In this document: in pieces, positions 7,597 through 19,600 of the stretch
How positions within the stretch are numbered: the first letter of the stretch is position 1
How the letters are laid out: each line of letters opens with the position of its first letter
Source of the DNA: a virus
Lineage: Duplodnaviria > Caudoviricetes
IMG/VR virus record: IMGVR_UViG_3300028591_000017
Span: 1 to 64,000 of that record
Reading direction: 5' to 3' (one strand)
DNA: 64,000 nt
Program-made: the position numbers and the translations under genes
The notes under the pieces: model-generated
What the model was told of the DNA's origin: nothing
Databases searched by the model: none
What the model saw: only the letters and a program-made list of their open reading frames with translations

Positions 7597-8849
7597 TGGC
7601 GAAGAAATATTTAAGCCAAAGCTTTGTTAGTAGGACTGATGTAGACAATACGAATATAGAAGATTATGCAAAAAGTTTCTATAAGACCGGTGGTAAAGAT
7701 AGGATATGGACAACAGAGCAACTCCTAAAGAAGCTTAAGAGCAATGGAATTAAGTATACCGTAAGAAAAACAAGAAGCGGAAGAGAAATACAAATAGATA
7801 AGAATGCCTTAAACAGCAATGATGAGGCTCGTAGGTACTACGATGATAGAATGAGGCTACGAAACGACTCTTCTGATGCGTACAAAGCGAGGAGGGTGTT
7901 TGCTAATTCATCAGAGAAACTTTCAGATAAAATTAACAGCTCGCGTGCATCGATGAAGGCGGATGTTGCGATGGCAAGATTTGACAGCAGAAGGCATGGT
8001 GACGGGTTTAATATGTATTTAGACGGAGACGAACAAAATTATGTTAATCCAGTACGGAATCGCGATTGGTTTAACCGTTTAGATAGAACTAGGACACGCA
8101 CAGTTGAAAGTGGGGAGGAGGTTGGACAAGTACTTTTTGATGAGCTTTATCCAAATACTCACCTTAGGAATCACGCAAAGAATGTTGCAAGGTATAGCGC
8201 TGAATTAGGTCATGACATTACAGCAAATAATTTTATAAAGAAATATAAAAAACTTATAAAAGACTCGTCGTCGCAAGGTAGAAAATACGATCTAAATAAC
8301 GACGCAGAGGCAATGGTTGTAAAAAGTAACCCTAAAGTTGACCTAAGTGTGTACGAAAATGGTAGACACGACTATAAGATTGACCACAGTGTACAATTTC
8401 CATACGCATGGAAGTCAAACACACTAAAGCCAAAAGATTCGTTTAAGCTTGTCGACTTCGAAAGCCAAACGCAAATTAATACCAATAAACCAAGTGATCA
8501 AACCATGGAGGACAACAGCAAGCAAGAGCAATCTGTAAGCGATATGCGAAATGAAGTAGCTGCACAGAAGACATTCTCAAAACCAAAAGGAGAGGAGTCG
8601 AAAGCACCTAAGTTTACTAGCATTGGTAGAAGCTCTATGGGTAATATGCTTGAGTTGTATAATGAGAAGGGTAATGTGGTTGAATCAATGTCACCTACAG
8701 CTAAGAATGTAAGAAAGGTTATGAAGCATCTTGGTGTTGGTGATGACAATTCATCTGATGATGATGTAAAAACATGGTTTAAAAACTTCAGTAAGCAGAC
8801 AGATAAAGGAAAGCGTATTACATTTAATACAACTAGTAAAAAGAAATAA
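7596..8849 (+). CDS. Hypothetical basic, hydrophilic protein (417 aa)
   Basis: Long ORF coupled to thyX by TAATG; rich in K/R/D/S/N; no recognisable family. Confidence 0.75.
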   Translation: MAKKYLSQSFVSRTDVDNTNIEDYAKSFYKTGGKDRIWTTEQLLKKLKSNGIKYTVRKTRSGREIQIDKNALNSNDEARRYYDDRMRLRNDSSDAYKARRVFANSSEKLSDKINSSRASMKADVAMARFDSRRHGDGFNMYLDGDEQNYVNPVRNRDWFNRLDRTRTRTVESGEEVGQVLFDELYPNTHLRNHAKNVARYSAELGHDITANNFIKKYKKLIKDSSSQGRKYDLNNDAEAMVVKSNPKVDLSVYENGRHDYKIDHSVQFPYAWKSNTLKPKDSFKLVDFESQTQINTNKPSDQTMEDNSKQEQSVSDMRNEVAAQKTFSKPKGEESKAPKFTSIGRSSMGNMLELYNEKGNVVESMSPTAKNVRKVMKHLGVGDDNSSDDDVKTWFKNFSKQTDKGKRITFNTTSKKK

Positions 8850-8852
8850 GAT

Positions 8853-8930
8853 ATGTATAATCTTATGGCAGCAATGGTTATAATAGTATTAATCCTTATA
8901 TTGAATAATATCTATGATAAGCTTAAATAA
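8853..8930 (+). CDS. Possible 25-aa hydrophobic peptide
   Basis: MYNLMAAMVIIVLILILNNIYDKLK*, starting 3 nt after the upstream stop and followed by a terminator-like hairpin. Confidence 0.35.
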   Translation: MYNLMAAMVIIVLILILNNIYDKLK

Positions 8931-9324
8931 CACAATAAAGAGAGTCCTAGTGGCTCTCTTTTTTATTTGCATACTTTCACCGGTATATAGCAAAAACTAC
9001 AAAATACAGGCTAAATACTTCTGCATGAGAAACAATGAGACAGAAGTGTACACTAAGTGGGTACCATCTGAGATAACTGGATTCATATCATCAGATGATA
9101 AGACTATAGTCCTATACTCTAAGGATATACAAGTATACTACATATATGATATCAATGAGGATAGGGCAGATGGCACATACTTCCTGTGTACAGATAAGAA
9201 TGGTGTTAGAATGAGAGTCCGATTTCAGTATGACATTTATAAGAACTGCAATGGACTCACACACCTCTACGTAGATTACGATGATTACACGTGGGGATAC
9301 TTAGTTGAGATAACAAAAAGATGA
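8914..9324 (+). CDS. Putative exported protein with signal peptide
   Basis: N-terminus KRVLVALFFICILSPVYS resembles a Sec signal peptide; the mature part is beta-rich and Tyr-rich. Confidence 0.65.
   Translation: MISLNNTIKRVLVALFFICILSPVYSKNYKIQAKYFCMRNNETEVYTKWVPSEITGFISSDDKTIVLYSKDIQVYYIYDINEDRADGTYFLCTDKNGVRMRVRFQYDIYKNCNGLTHLYVDYDDYTWGYLVEITKR
8938..8964 (+). terminator. Terminator-like hairpin overlapping the 5' end of ORF 8914
   Basis: AAAGAGAGTC-CTAGT-GGCTCTCTTT followed by further T residues. Confidence 0.55.
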
Positions 9325-9329
9325 TATTA

Positions 9330-9361
9330 TTTGCATATCTTAAAAATATGTAGTATCTTTG
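9330..9361 (+). promoter_or_regulatory. Bacteroidota primary-sigma promoter (-33/-7)
   Basis: TTTG (9330-9333), 20-nt spacer, TATCTTTG (9354-9361); very similar to the 5306 promoter (TTTGCATA...TATCTTTG); ATG at 9370. Confidence 0.8.
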
Positions 9362-9369
9362 CATAGAAA

Positions 9370-9510
9370 ATGAAAACAGCACTAACACTACTTGGAATAG
9401 TAGGATTCAATGTATTATTTTATTTAGTATTAACAGTAATAGTATTAGTATATGAAGAGCGAAAATTTGGTACCAAGAGAGGTGCCAGCAACCAAATATC
9501 AGATAGATAG
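9370..9510 (+). CDS. Small single-pass membrane protein (46 aa)
   Basis: MKTALTLLGIVGFNVLFYLVLTVIVLVYEERKFGTKRGASNQISDR*, directly downstream of the promoter. Confidence 0.55.
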   Translation: MKTALTLLGIVGFNVLFYLVLTVIVLVYEERKFGTKRGASNQISDR

Positions 9511-9709
9511 AGCAGGCCTTATAGGTAAGGAAATAGCCCTGTATAAGGATGGTAAGCTTGTTGTGAAGGATAAGCTTATAATGGTATCAGCTCCAGAGCA
9601 TTCTCCTGGTGTAGTAGGCCTGTATTTCGATGAAATGCCTACTGCCACAATAGATAGAAGTGGAGTATTCACAATCAAGTATATGGCTAGGAATAGAACA
9701 GCCTCATAG
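9452..9709 (+). CDS. Hypothetical protein (85 aa)
   Basis: ORF track; same strand as the operon. Confidence 0.65.
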   Translation: MKSENLVPREVPATKYQIDRAGLIGKEIALYKDGKLVVKDKLIMVSAPEHSPGVVGLYFDEMPTATIDRSGVFTIKYMARNRTAS

Positions 9710-9766
9710 AGGCCCCAAATTTGCGATTTAAGACACTTTAGTATTAACAATGATAAATCTTACAGT

Positions 9767-10066
9767 ATGGATAGTATAACGGCTTATATAGACGAAAATA
9801 AGGCTTTTATAGTCGATAACAAAAGAGCAGTAGAAATGGATGGCAACACAGGTATGGTTTTACTATACAGTGATGTCGCCAATAGAGTATACAAGGCTGC
9901 AAAAATTAAGCTCATAGACGTAGATAGGAACGGAGGGCCTGTATATGATGTAGAACTTACTGAGGATGGATTGAACTTATTCAGAGACACCGAATACGAT
10001 ATATATGCAGTGTATACAGCTATTGGTAGATTCAAGAAATTCATAGAATATGAGGCTCAATCTTAA
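9767..10066 (+). CDS. Hypothetical protein (99 aa)
   Basis: ORF track; overlaps the start of the next gene. Confidence 0.65.
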   Translation: MDSITAYIDENKAFIVDNKRAVEMDGNTGMVLLYSDVANRVYKAAKIKLIDVDRNGGPVYDVELTEDGLNLFRDTEYDIYAVYTAIGRFKKFIEYEAQS

Positions 10067-10592
10067 TAAGAGATACGAAGAGTTATCAGAAGCAGAAAAG
10101 GTAGCCTTCTATCACAATGTGAAGAGGACTACCTTTAGGTATATCTGCAAGTTTGACGTATACTCAGAGCTTGCATATGAGGTTATAGATGATTCATATA
10201 TGAAGGCTATACGTATAGCTAAGAAAGATGTGAATCTGAGGTCTTTAAGATCATATATAGGTACTATATCATGGAGGGAGTTTAATCGCAGGAAGAAAAC
10301 TCGCGATACTAATACACAGTATTATGAGAGAGTAGAGCAGAAGTTTGATCTTATAGATGACCCATTTGAGGAATCAGTCCCAATGAGAGAGTCTCTAAAG
10401 TATGCAATAAGAAAACTTACATCATTAGAGAAGAGACGACTCAGGGATATGGTTAAGACGGAGGTTGATTACGATAAGTTAGAGAGTATATGGGGATTGA
10501 GTTATAATTCATGCAGACAAGTGGTATTTAAGATACGCAAGAAGCTGCAGAAAGATATGGATATATACAACAAAAAAGGGGAGGCTATTTAG
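10050..10592 (+). CDS. ECF sigma-70-like factor / region-4 HTH protein
   Basis: Size (180 aa) and layout fit an ECF sigma: region-2-like AYEVIDDSYMKA...LRSYIGTISWREF; region-4-like LKYAIRKLTSLEKR...YDKLESIWGLSYNSCRQVVFKIRKKL. Confidence 0.6.
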   Translation: MRLNLNKRYEELSEAEKVAFYHNVKRTTFRYICKFDVYSELAYEVIDDSYMKAIRIAKKDVNLRSLRSYIGTISWREFNRRKKTRDTNTQYYERVEQKFDLIDDPFEESVPMRESLKYAIRKLTSLEKRRLRDMVKTEVDYDKLESIWGLSYNSCRQVVFKIRKKLQKDMDIYNKKGEAI

Positions 10593-10606
10593 GCTTCCCC
10601 TTTCTT
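10572..10606. terminator. Bidirectional intrinsic terminator between the convergent arms
   Basis: A6-GGGGAGGC-TATTTAG-GCTTCCCC-TTTCTT, with A and T tracts on either side, at the strand switch. Confidence 0.85.
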
Positions 10607-10619
10607 ATTGTACTAAATA

Positions 10620-13600
10620 TTAATAACCGTTGTCACTAATAAACTTTCTTATTTCTTCAAACTGGTCGCTGTTTATATCAATCTCTAATAAATCTAGAGC
10701 CTTATCACCAGTCTTATAATCATAATTAATAAGTCTTTTTAGCTTCTTAGCAACACGTCTATCACCTTCTTTGATTAAATACTCAAGAGCCTGAGGATAG
10801 TCTTTGTACGTCTCCTTTAGCTTCTTAAGCTCCATCTCCTCGCTGTACTTAAGTCCATCTAAAACCAAGTCATCCATGCTTATTACAGACCTTGTGTCAA
10901 ATGGTCTCATAGATGTTCTTAGTATCTCTGTAGCCATCCTCTGGAGCTTAACCTTCATGTAGTTAGAATCTTCCTTCCTGTATTTATTTCTACCTTTAAG
11001 TTCAGGTATATCAACATCTCCGTAGTATGAATTAATTTTACCAACTCCTGTTGTTTTCTTATACAACTCAGATGCTACTACAGATTTACCAACTAGTGTA
11101 AGCTTTCCATCCTTAAAATATTTGTCAGTATCAACGCTAGGATTACCATCTTTATCGAATGTTACTCCATGTAAGCCAAGTAAACCTTGTGCTATTATAT
11201 TTGGCTCATACTGTATGATGTACTTCTCTGATTTATCCTTCTTTGATTTCTTACCAAGACCAGTCCTTACTTCATTCTCGTACAGAATCTCCAATCTAGA
11301 CCTAATGGCATCGACTTCATTTCTATCTACTACAGCATCTTGTATGGCCTGGTAGAATAATCCAGCAGCACCACCATTTCCTACTAAATAGTGTATCTCC
11401 GATTGTCTATCATTACCAGATATGAGGAAGTCTGAGAAAGGTACAAAGTTGTTGTATAGTAATGTCTTATCCTTTCTTGCGTATTTAAACTCACCGCTCT
11501 TATGTATATCAGCACCAGGACCAATACCAAGTTCACCTAATAAGAATTTACCGCCTTCAACATTCTCCATCATAAATGCATATAGTATTATATCTGCAAA
11601 CGACACCTTATTAAACGTAGGTATTATACCAAGCATAGTTGTAGAGTCAAAGTGTTCTGACGCGGCTTTTATTAAACCAGCCTCAGCAAGCTTCTGTAGC
11701 CAAGGTTTCTTATCATCACCATCCGGATCCATTGATGCCAACAATAATGTTGCTGCAGCACCTGCTGAATACACAGCACCCAATAATATCTGGAATAGGA
11801 ATCCCTTTGTAGCCTCACTATTTGCGATATGACGCTTCAGGTCTGCGGTATTACTATTGAACATTTCGTTTGCAGTATTCTTGTATGGATTGAAGAACAC
11901 AAACAACCTAGCAAGCTGATTAAACAGGCACCCCTGCATCATCTGTTTATCTCTAAAATTGTATACAGGATTAGTAAATCCATGACCCCAGTATTGGTAG
12001 AACTTAGGGAGTATCCATGTTCTAAAGATAAATATAGATTGAGTTGACGGATCTGTAAACAACTTTCCTTGTTCATCCTGAGATATCGCCGACTTAGTAA
12101 AGGCTTGATAAGCCCTAAGTATAGTACCTATCCTACCAATGTTTCTTTCTACAATATCCCTATACCTTTCATCTATATCAGGGAATCCATCTGGAGATTC
12201 TTTTATTAAATCTGGCAACCTCTTTAGATTCTTGAATTTAAGAGACTGTATTGACGTATTACCTGGATTATTTGCCTTTAATTCCTCTACATCGGCCTCC
12301 TGCATTATATCAGAAATCTTATTACCGTTTTTGTCCACATACTCAACAAGAGCAAAGTCAAACATTCTTTCAACTACAGATGGATCAGATAGTAATCTCT
12401 CTCCTATCATATTGAATCCGTTGTTTGTGAAGTCATTTGTAGTTGACAACACGACATCTGTTGTGGCACCAAGTGGTCCATACTTAACTCTCCTGTCGTA
12501 AATCTTATCGCTATTTGTAAGTGAGAATATGTTATATAGGAACCCAACCTTAGATCTCTTTGCAAGTCTATGCGCATCTGCTATTACGTTTTGTGCGTCA
12601 AGGGCCATATATTTTGCGGCCTTTATTTTATTACTATGTACATTGAATTTAGACATCTGTTCGGCGCCAATGTTTTCGCCAACCTGAAGAATGTTTACAA
12701 GTGATTGTAGAGCTTTGAATTTAATAAGACATGCGGATGCGAACCTACATATTGCTCGTATGGCCTTACTTACGTTTATCCATGCTCTAGAATTCTTCTG
12801 GTTATACATGAATGTATTGTACACCATAGTATCTATCATGTCGTCATACGCAAGCCTTACATTTGAATCATCGTACTTAATAGAACCGTTTTTAATTGCC
12901 CTATCTACTGCCTTTTTAAATGCAGAACTACTGTATGTAATAGGGTTGTTTGGGTTGATTGAGTCTTGAGCCTTAACTGATGAAGCTGATACCTCTCCAC
13001 TTCTCATACCACCGATAATACTTTCGGTGACATCCATTCTCTTCAGCCTCTCATTAAGTATGTATGTTCTAGATGCATATTCGTTCATCGAATTAAGCAT
13101 ATTTACAGAACACTGTGTCATATCCTCAAGTCTTCTTGACATAGGTATAACAGCTCTTCTTAATATTGTCCCAGCCTGAGATCTCAACCTAAAACTTTCC
13201 TCCTTAGCCTTAATGGCCATATATTCGCCATCAGTAAGGTTTCCATCGCTGGTTGACATTACATTGGTAGCCTTAGATATAGACTTACCAATCTCAAGTT
13301 CCCTATAATCAACCTCTCTTATAGGTATCTTTAGCTTAGATTCATTTGTGTTTGTAATTCCATTCAACCCATCAAGCTCCGCCTTCTTACTTATCATAGC
13401 ATCATAGAACGCCTTAGTAGCTGGTTTGCTCATCATTTCAGCAAATTTACTGTTAACAAACCTCTTATCATTTTTATTTGGAACTAATCCTCTGACGGAT
13501 GGCTTGCCAATTTCATTGCTTCTAATGATGTACTCATTAGAATATCCAAACTCAAACATATCTTCGTCCTCAAGACCAGATACGTCCACACGCCTCTTAG

Positions 13601-16600
13601 ATGGTGATACTGTAGACAGAGATGATCTATATCTGTAAATTGACTCTCTTCCTGGTATTTTAACCTCGTATTTGAGATCCTTAAGTGCTTTCTCTTTTTC
13701 TTCTATAAGCTTCTCAAATATACGTGCTGTTGCACCACTTGTGACCTCAAGCTTCTCATTTAAAGATTGTATGCTATCTATAAGTTCCCTTTCTAGCTTC
13801 TTAATTGATGGCTTTAATTCTGTTACCGCAACATCATCGAATACAACATCATTGTCGCTTCTTTCTATAGATAGATCTATATCGTCTATACCATTGCACA
13901 GCTCTCTCATTGCATCAACATCTCTGCTTTCTACAACCCTCCTTATTAGTTCAGCGACAACATCTATGTCGTCACCTTCTATATCTCTAGAAGGCACAGC
14001 AGATAGCATTGATAACGCTCTCGTGTATACGCTAACAAGCTTTTCATTATCGCCCGACTCTAGTATCTCATTTAAAGCTTGCTTTCCAATCTCAAGGTAA
14101 CTGTTTATGCTAGTAGGCCCAGCCTTAAACATATTATCATAAGCATCATCGAGGGACTTTGATAATTCATTTATTTCATTGGATACGTAGCTTCCGTTTG
14201 GAGATATTGCTATTCTGGATATATCAACTCGCTTAACACCTATAGCTGCCCTAATCATGGTTATTTCAAGAGCTCTTGCTTTGTCTCCTTGATTCATCTC
14301 AAAGAATCCTCTATCTTTTCTCTCGACTCTAGAAAGAGCCTTTGAGAATGACTTTGTACTTCTCCTGAATCGCCTTGCTCTTGTCCAATCCTGAAGGTTT
14401 GATAATGCAGTTCTTGCGTACACAGCAAGTGGATTCTTATATGCATCTTCATCTACGATATCATCAGTATACAGGCTCTCCATTCCACTCTTAAATGCAG
14501 CCTTTGTTATCTCAATAAGCCTCTCAGCCATCTCTGGCTTTGCGACAAACTTTTTATTTATGTCATTTATAGTTTCAGTAAGTATACTTTCGGCTTCATG
14601 ATTAAAATCCTCTTTAAATAACTCCTCATTATATCCGGTTGGTCTAAGCTTTCTGAGCTTATCTGTTGTTTCATTGAAGTTTTTAACATGCTCAAGTTCG
14701 CTTGCCGTCTTTATGGTTCCATCTATATTGTAAATAGAACCAAGCAAACGCCTTCTGGCTGCTATGCTATCAAGCTCATACTTTTCATCCTGTGTTAGCT
14801 TACTTCCATCTTTGTGTCCTGATAATATAATACGCTCCGTATCTCTAAGTTCATTAAGTTGAGCAAAGTTGTAGTCGTCATATTCGTTAAACGTCATATC
14901 ATGTTCCTCGGCATTCCTTAAGGCTTCCTCATCTGATATATTTGCGTTTTCACCAACCTTATATAGCGATAAGTCTATCTCTACAACTCTATCACCACAG
15001 AAACCAATAGGCTTTCCATCTTTATATTCTACCTTAGACCCATGAAACTTCCACTGTGAGAATAAGTTTGCGAATTCCTTTTTCTGCTGTAGTGTTGTTA
15101 TATCTCTAACAGATCCAATAGGGTAGCCAATGTCGGTTTTATGCTTTTCGTTTATTATGGCAAGTATAATATCATGGGCTTTATCTATCTCCTTTTCAAA
15201 CTCACCCATATTATACTCTGATATAAAATAACCAGTAGGTATACCCCATTCATCTTTCTCAACAAAGTCTGATGATGATGTACCGTCTTCTGAGTATGCT
15301 ATTTCACCTAATCTATTTAGCCCTCTCATCGACCTATTTTTCTCCAGGTTTGCAACAGACAAAGCTTCAGCTAACTCGTTGTTAGCTATCTGCAATGCCA
15401 TATTTCTCGTCTGAGAGAACGCTCCAGCATGTCTATTTATCTTTGATATATCATCAAGGAAGTATTCAGCATACATCATTAAGTAATGTCTCTGCTGTTC
15501 ACTAAAGTTATGTTCATCTGATATGTTACTGTAGTATGTCTTCAGGACCTTTGTTCTCATATTCTTAAAGAGTTCCATTGAAGACTCAACACTAACTCCA
15601 TTGATGTAACCAACGACGCTATTCAATATAACATCTACACTAGGATTTTCACCTTCAATCTGATCTAATACGCCCCTGAATATCGCATTAGCCGTAGAAC
15701 CATCATCAAACAGACTCTTATTCTGAGATAATACATCCTTCAGGTCCTTCTGCATCTCAAGCATAACAGCTGCGTACCTATTGTATAAGCTGTTTAATCT
15801 TGACAGGTACTTAGCGGTACTAATTGACGAATTTTTTGCATCATTATCATCCTCAAAGTCTGATGCTAGCTTACACAGCTCATCATTCAGCTCATTTTGC
15901 ATAGCCTTGATGTTAGATGCTATGTCAAGTATCGCCGAAAGATCTTCTGCTATATTGGCTCCATTTACACCCTTCTGCATACCTATTAATGCAGTCTTTG
16001 CACTTACAGATATTCTATCACCAAGGGCTTTTATTATATTGTCAACCTTATTTGACTCGGTCTTACGGAATGACATTATCGCATTTATACCCTTACGTAC
16101 ATCTACAATCGATTCGTACATATCCTGCGATAAATCCTCCCTTGTTATTAAAGAATATAAACCACCATTTATATTTATCTTAACACCATTACTAGTTGCC
16201 TCGAGCTTCAGCATATCATTCATAGACATACCAAATAATGAGCCAAGTTCGTTTATTATGACATTAAATCTAGTTATAGAGTCTATATCACTATCATCGA
16301 TGTATATATCACCATTGATAGTTTTTATTGCATTAAATCTCTTGATAAGGTCTAATATGGATTTACAGTCATTAAATACGCTAGCACTGCCTGTAAGCTT
16401 CTTATCTCTAGTAACAACAAATCTAACAGCACTACTAATATCGTCGTATGTAACTTTAGTACCATTTACATCGCCAAATACAGTTCTGCCATCTCTAGTT
16501 GCATCAACTTTAAAGAATTGCTGAACTTTATTATCAAGTTCTATATAATCCTTAGCAAGTGATGACTTTATGTTTTTAGCTATGCGCTTATCGAATCTAC

Positions 16601-19600
16601 CTCTAATCTTATTTCGTACAGATACAAAGTCTCTTGACCCAAGAAGTATTGAATATACAACAACGTCACCATATCCATTGAACCTCCTCTGTGGAGATAT
16701 TAAGTCTACGACAAACTTGTATATATTCTGTGCAAGCTTCTTAAGGTAGAATATTGTTTTTATTACAGCTTTGGATAATCCGCTATTTACAATGAAATCA
16801 GGCAGTACAGAGATTTCAGATAAGCTTTCTACAGTTAATGATGTATACTTTGCAGCTTCAACAGCAATTGGTTCTATGTCGTCTTTGTACTTTTCAGACA
16901 ACTCCTGATATGACTTCAATGCCAAGTCAGCCAAGACTTCATATGGATCTTTATCTGGAGATGCATTATGTATAGCATCTATCATAGGCTTTAGCCCAGC
17001 TATTGGTACGCCAGATCTAAGGTAGAATACAAATCTATCTCTAGTAAGTTCAGTAGGTGTTGAATTGATATTCCTATTTCTAACTATATCGTCAACTATC
17101 AGCTTATCGATACCATTGAGTTTTTCAGCTTCTTCTTCACTAATAGAATACTGTGTAACAACATTATCTAAGCTTATGCCAGAAAGATCTTTACTTGTTA
17201 TATTCCCTTCCGCAAAGTCCCTTATAGTCATCTTAACAAAATCATCAATAGTAAGGGCATTAAGCTCTTCGTTTGTCCATAGACCAAGCGTTTTGCCTAA
17301 CTCCTTCCAGAAGTCAAGTATCCATTGTTTTAGCTTGTCGATAATATTGTCACTACCCTTCTCGGCTGCTATTCTACTTAACCATTGTTCTCCCTCAACT
17401 CCAACCAATCTAGCGTGAACCTCAGATGCAATCAAGTCATCAAGTTCCTTACCGCTCTTACCATCAGCAATCCATCTTTGACCGTATTCAGGATGATTTA
17501 GGTACTCATTCCATAGGCTTGTCTGCTTCATTAATTCAACACCACGGTTCCAGAGTGCTTCGTTCTTAGACCTTACAACCCTATCCCATAAGTGAGTATA
17601 CTCGTGTATTGGATGTTCAGGCTTTATAACTCTTTCATCGAGGTATATTTTACCATCTGGAGTAGCGTAACCATAGACCTCACCATTTTTGGTTTTGAAG
17701 TATTCTGTATTGCCGTTAGTTGCAGCCTGACTTAAGCTCTCTTCAAGAAATATCTGATCCTCGCGGGCAACGTCTTCAGTTTCAGCAGCAAGAGTATTTC
17801 TACGCTCCTCTGGGGACATATTCATTCTTGCTTCTATATTTCTTGCCTCAACCTCACCACTAAACCTTTTGTATATATCGGCCAGAAGGTTGTCGCGTAT
17901 ATAACCTGTTCTGTTAATTTCGCGTTTAGCTTCATTTATAGACTCCATACGTTCCGCTTGCAGCCTATCGAGCGCATTACGTAACTCGTCAATTCTCGCC
18001 TTTAATTCATTGTAATATACATCACCTTTGTATTCTAGGTTTGTTTCAGACCCAACATCGCTAATCCCAAGTGACTTGTATTTATCGGCTAGGTCGTCAT
18101 ACATTTTAGCTATATCATCATCAGGCATATCATCAGTTATACTCATGAGTATGTCATCCATTTCTTTTTTATACGAAATGTTTCTTTGGGATGGCGAATT
18201 ACGCTCGTCGTATTCGGCAATTAACTCATTTAACTTCCTCTCGAGTTCGTTGTAGCCTGGAATTTCTGCATCTCTTAGCTCCTTTAAGTTCCTATATGCT
18301 TCTCTAACATTAGCATTCGCTTCTCTTATTTCAGCTATATTACTCTGTTTAACATCGTTTGCTTGCGCAAGCCCACCTCCTGGAGAAAAGCCCTCTACCG
18401 CTTGTATGGCGTGCTGAGTCTCATGGTTTAATATACTACTTATACGGCTAAATGTATCAAACTCCCTTCTATATATAGTAATAATATTAGTATCTGGATT
18501 ATAGCCGCCATCGTATCTGCCATCATGATCTTTTTCAAACCTAACAACAATAGAACTAAGCAATGGGGATTGCGATATATACCTATATGTATCGTTATTT
18601 TCGATTATGTCGACCAACTTAGCTTCGCCATTATGTGTTCTATACCCATCTTTGAGTATAATATCGTCACTAGTCTCGTGCCTCCATTTACCGTCAGCGC
18701 CTCTCTCCCAGCCGGTAGCGATCTTTACTGTTTTTGCATCATCACCAGCCTGCTCCATCTCTTTTGCAACCTTAAGGTTATCGATCCTTATTGTGGCTTC
18801 CTCGGCTTTATCCAATGCAGCAGCGCCTTTTTCTCCCATTAAGAAGCGTTCTATATTATCGTCAGTGGCAGAGAATTCACCATTGTTATCTGTAGCTGAT
18901 TTTATTTGATTGGGTTCAAATACAATATAATCGGTACCTACATACATTCCAGGAATTGTTATCTCCCCTCTATATCTAGAAGTTGTCTCGTCTACGTTTT
19001 TTATTATAGCTCCCTCAGAATTATTTATAGCATCTCTTTGAGCCTTATTTAACGCTCCGATATACCTTCTATTTAAATCTACTACAACAGGGTTTTTTAT
19101 ATTTAGAAAAACCGCATAGAGATTGTTGCCAAAATCTGCAGTCCTTTCTTCTAAAGAATGAATATAGGCAGCCGCCTTTTCTAACTCATTATCATCATAC
19201 CTGTCAAAACCAAAGGCCTCTGCTATTTCTTCAAACGAAAATCCACCCTCTTCATATTCCATATACTTAAATAAGTCATCTTTTGCCTTGGAAGATGCGT
19301 ATTGAGAGGCGATATTTTTATTTGAAAAATAAAATCCTTTTTTTATTATTGATGTAAGACTCCCTCTGTTTTTCGTGTCCTTACTGAATGTAGTAAATTC
19401 TTCCCTGCTTCCATGATATACTACCAAAGGCTCACCGTTCTCATCAATCACTTTAGAGGCATTCTCAGGGTCGTTTTCCCAATCACCAAACCATTCCTTA
19501 AATGATTTAGTTCTAACCTGCAGCCACTGTCTTTCAGTAAGATTAGTTGGATTACCGTTAGGAGCTTTCATGAACGTACCATCTGTAATGGCGCGATCCT

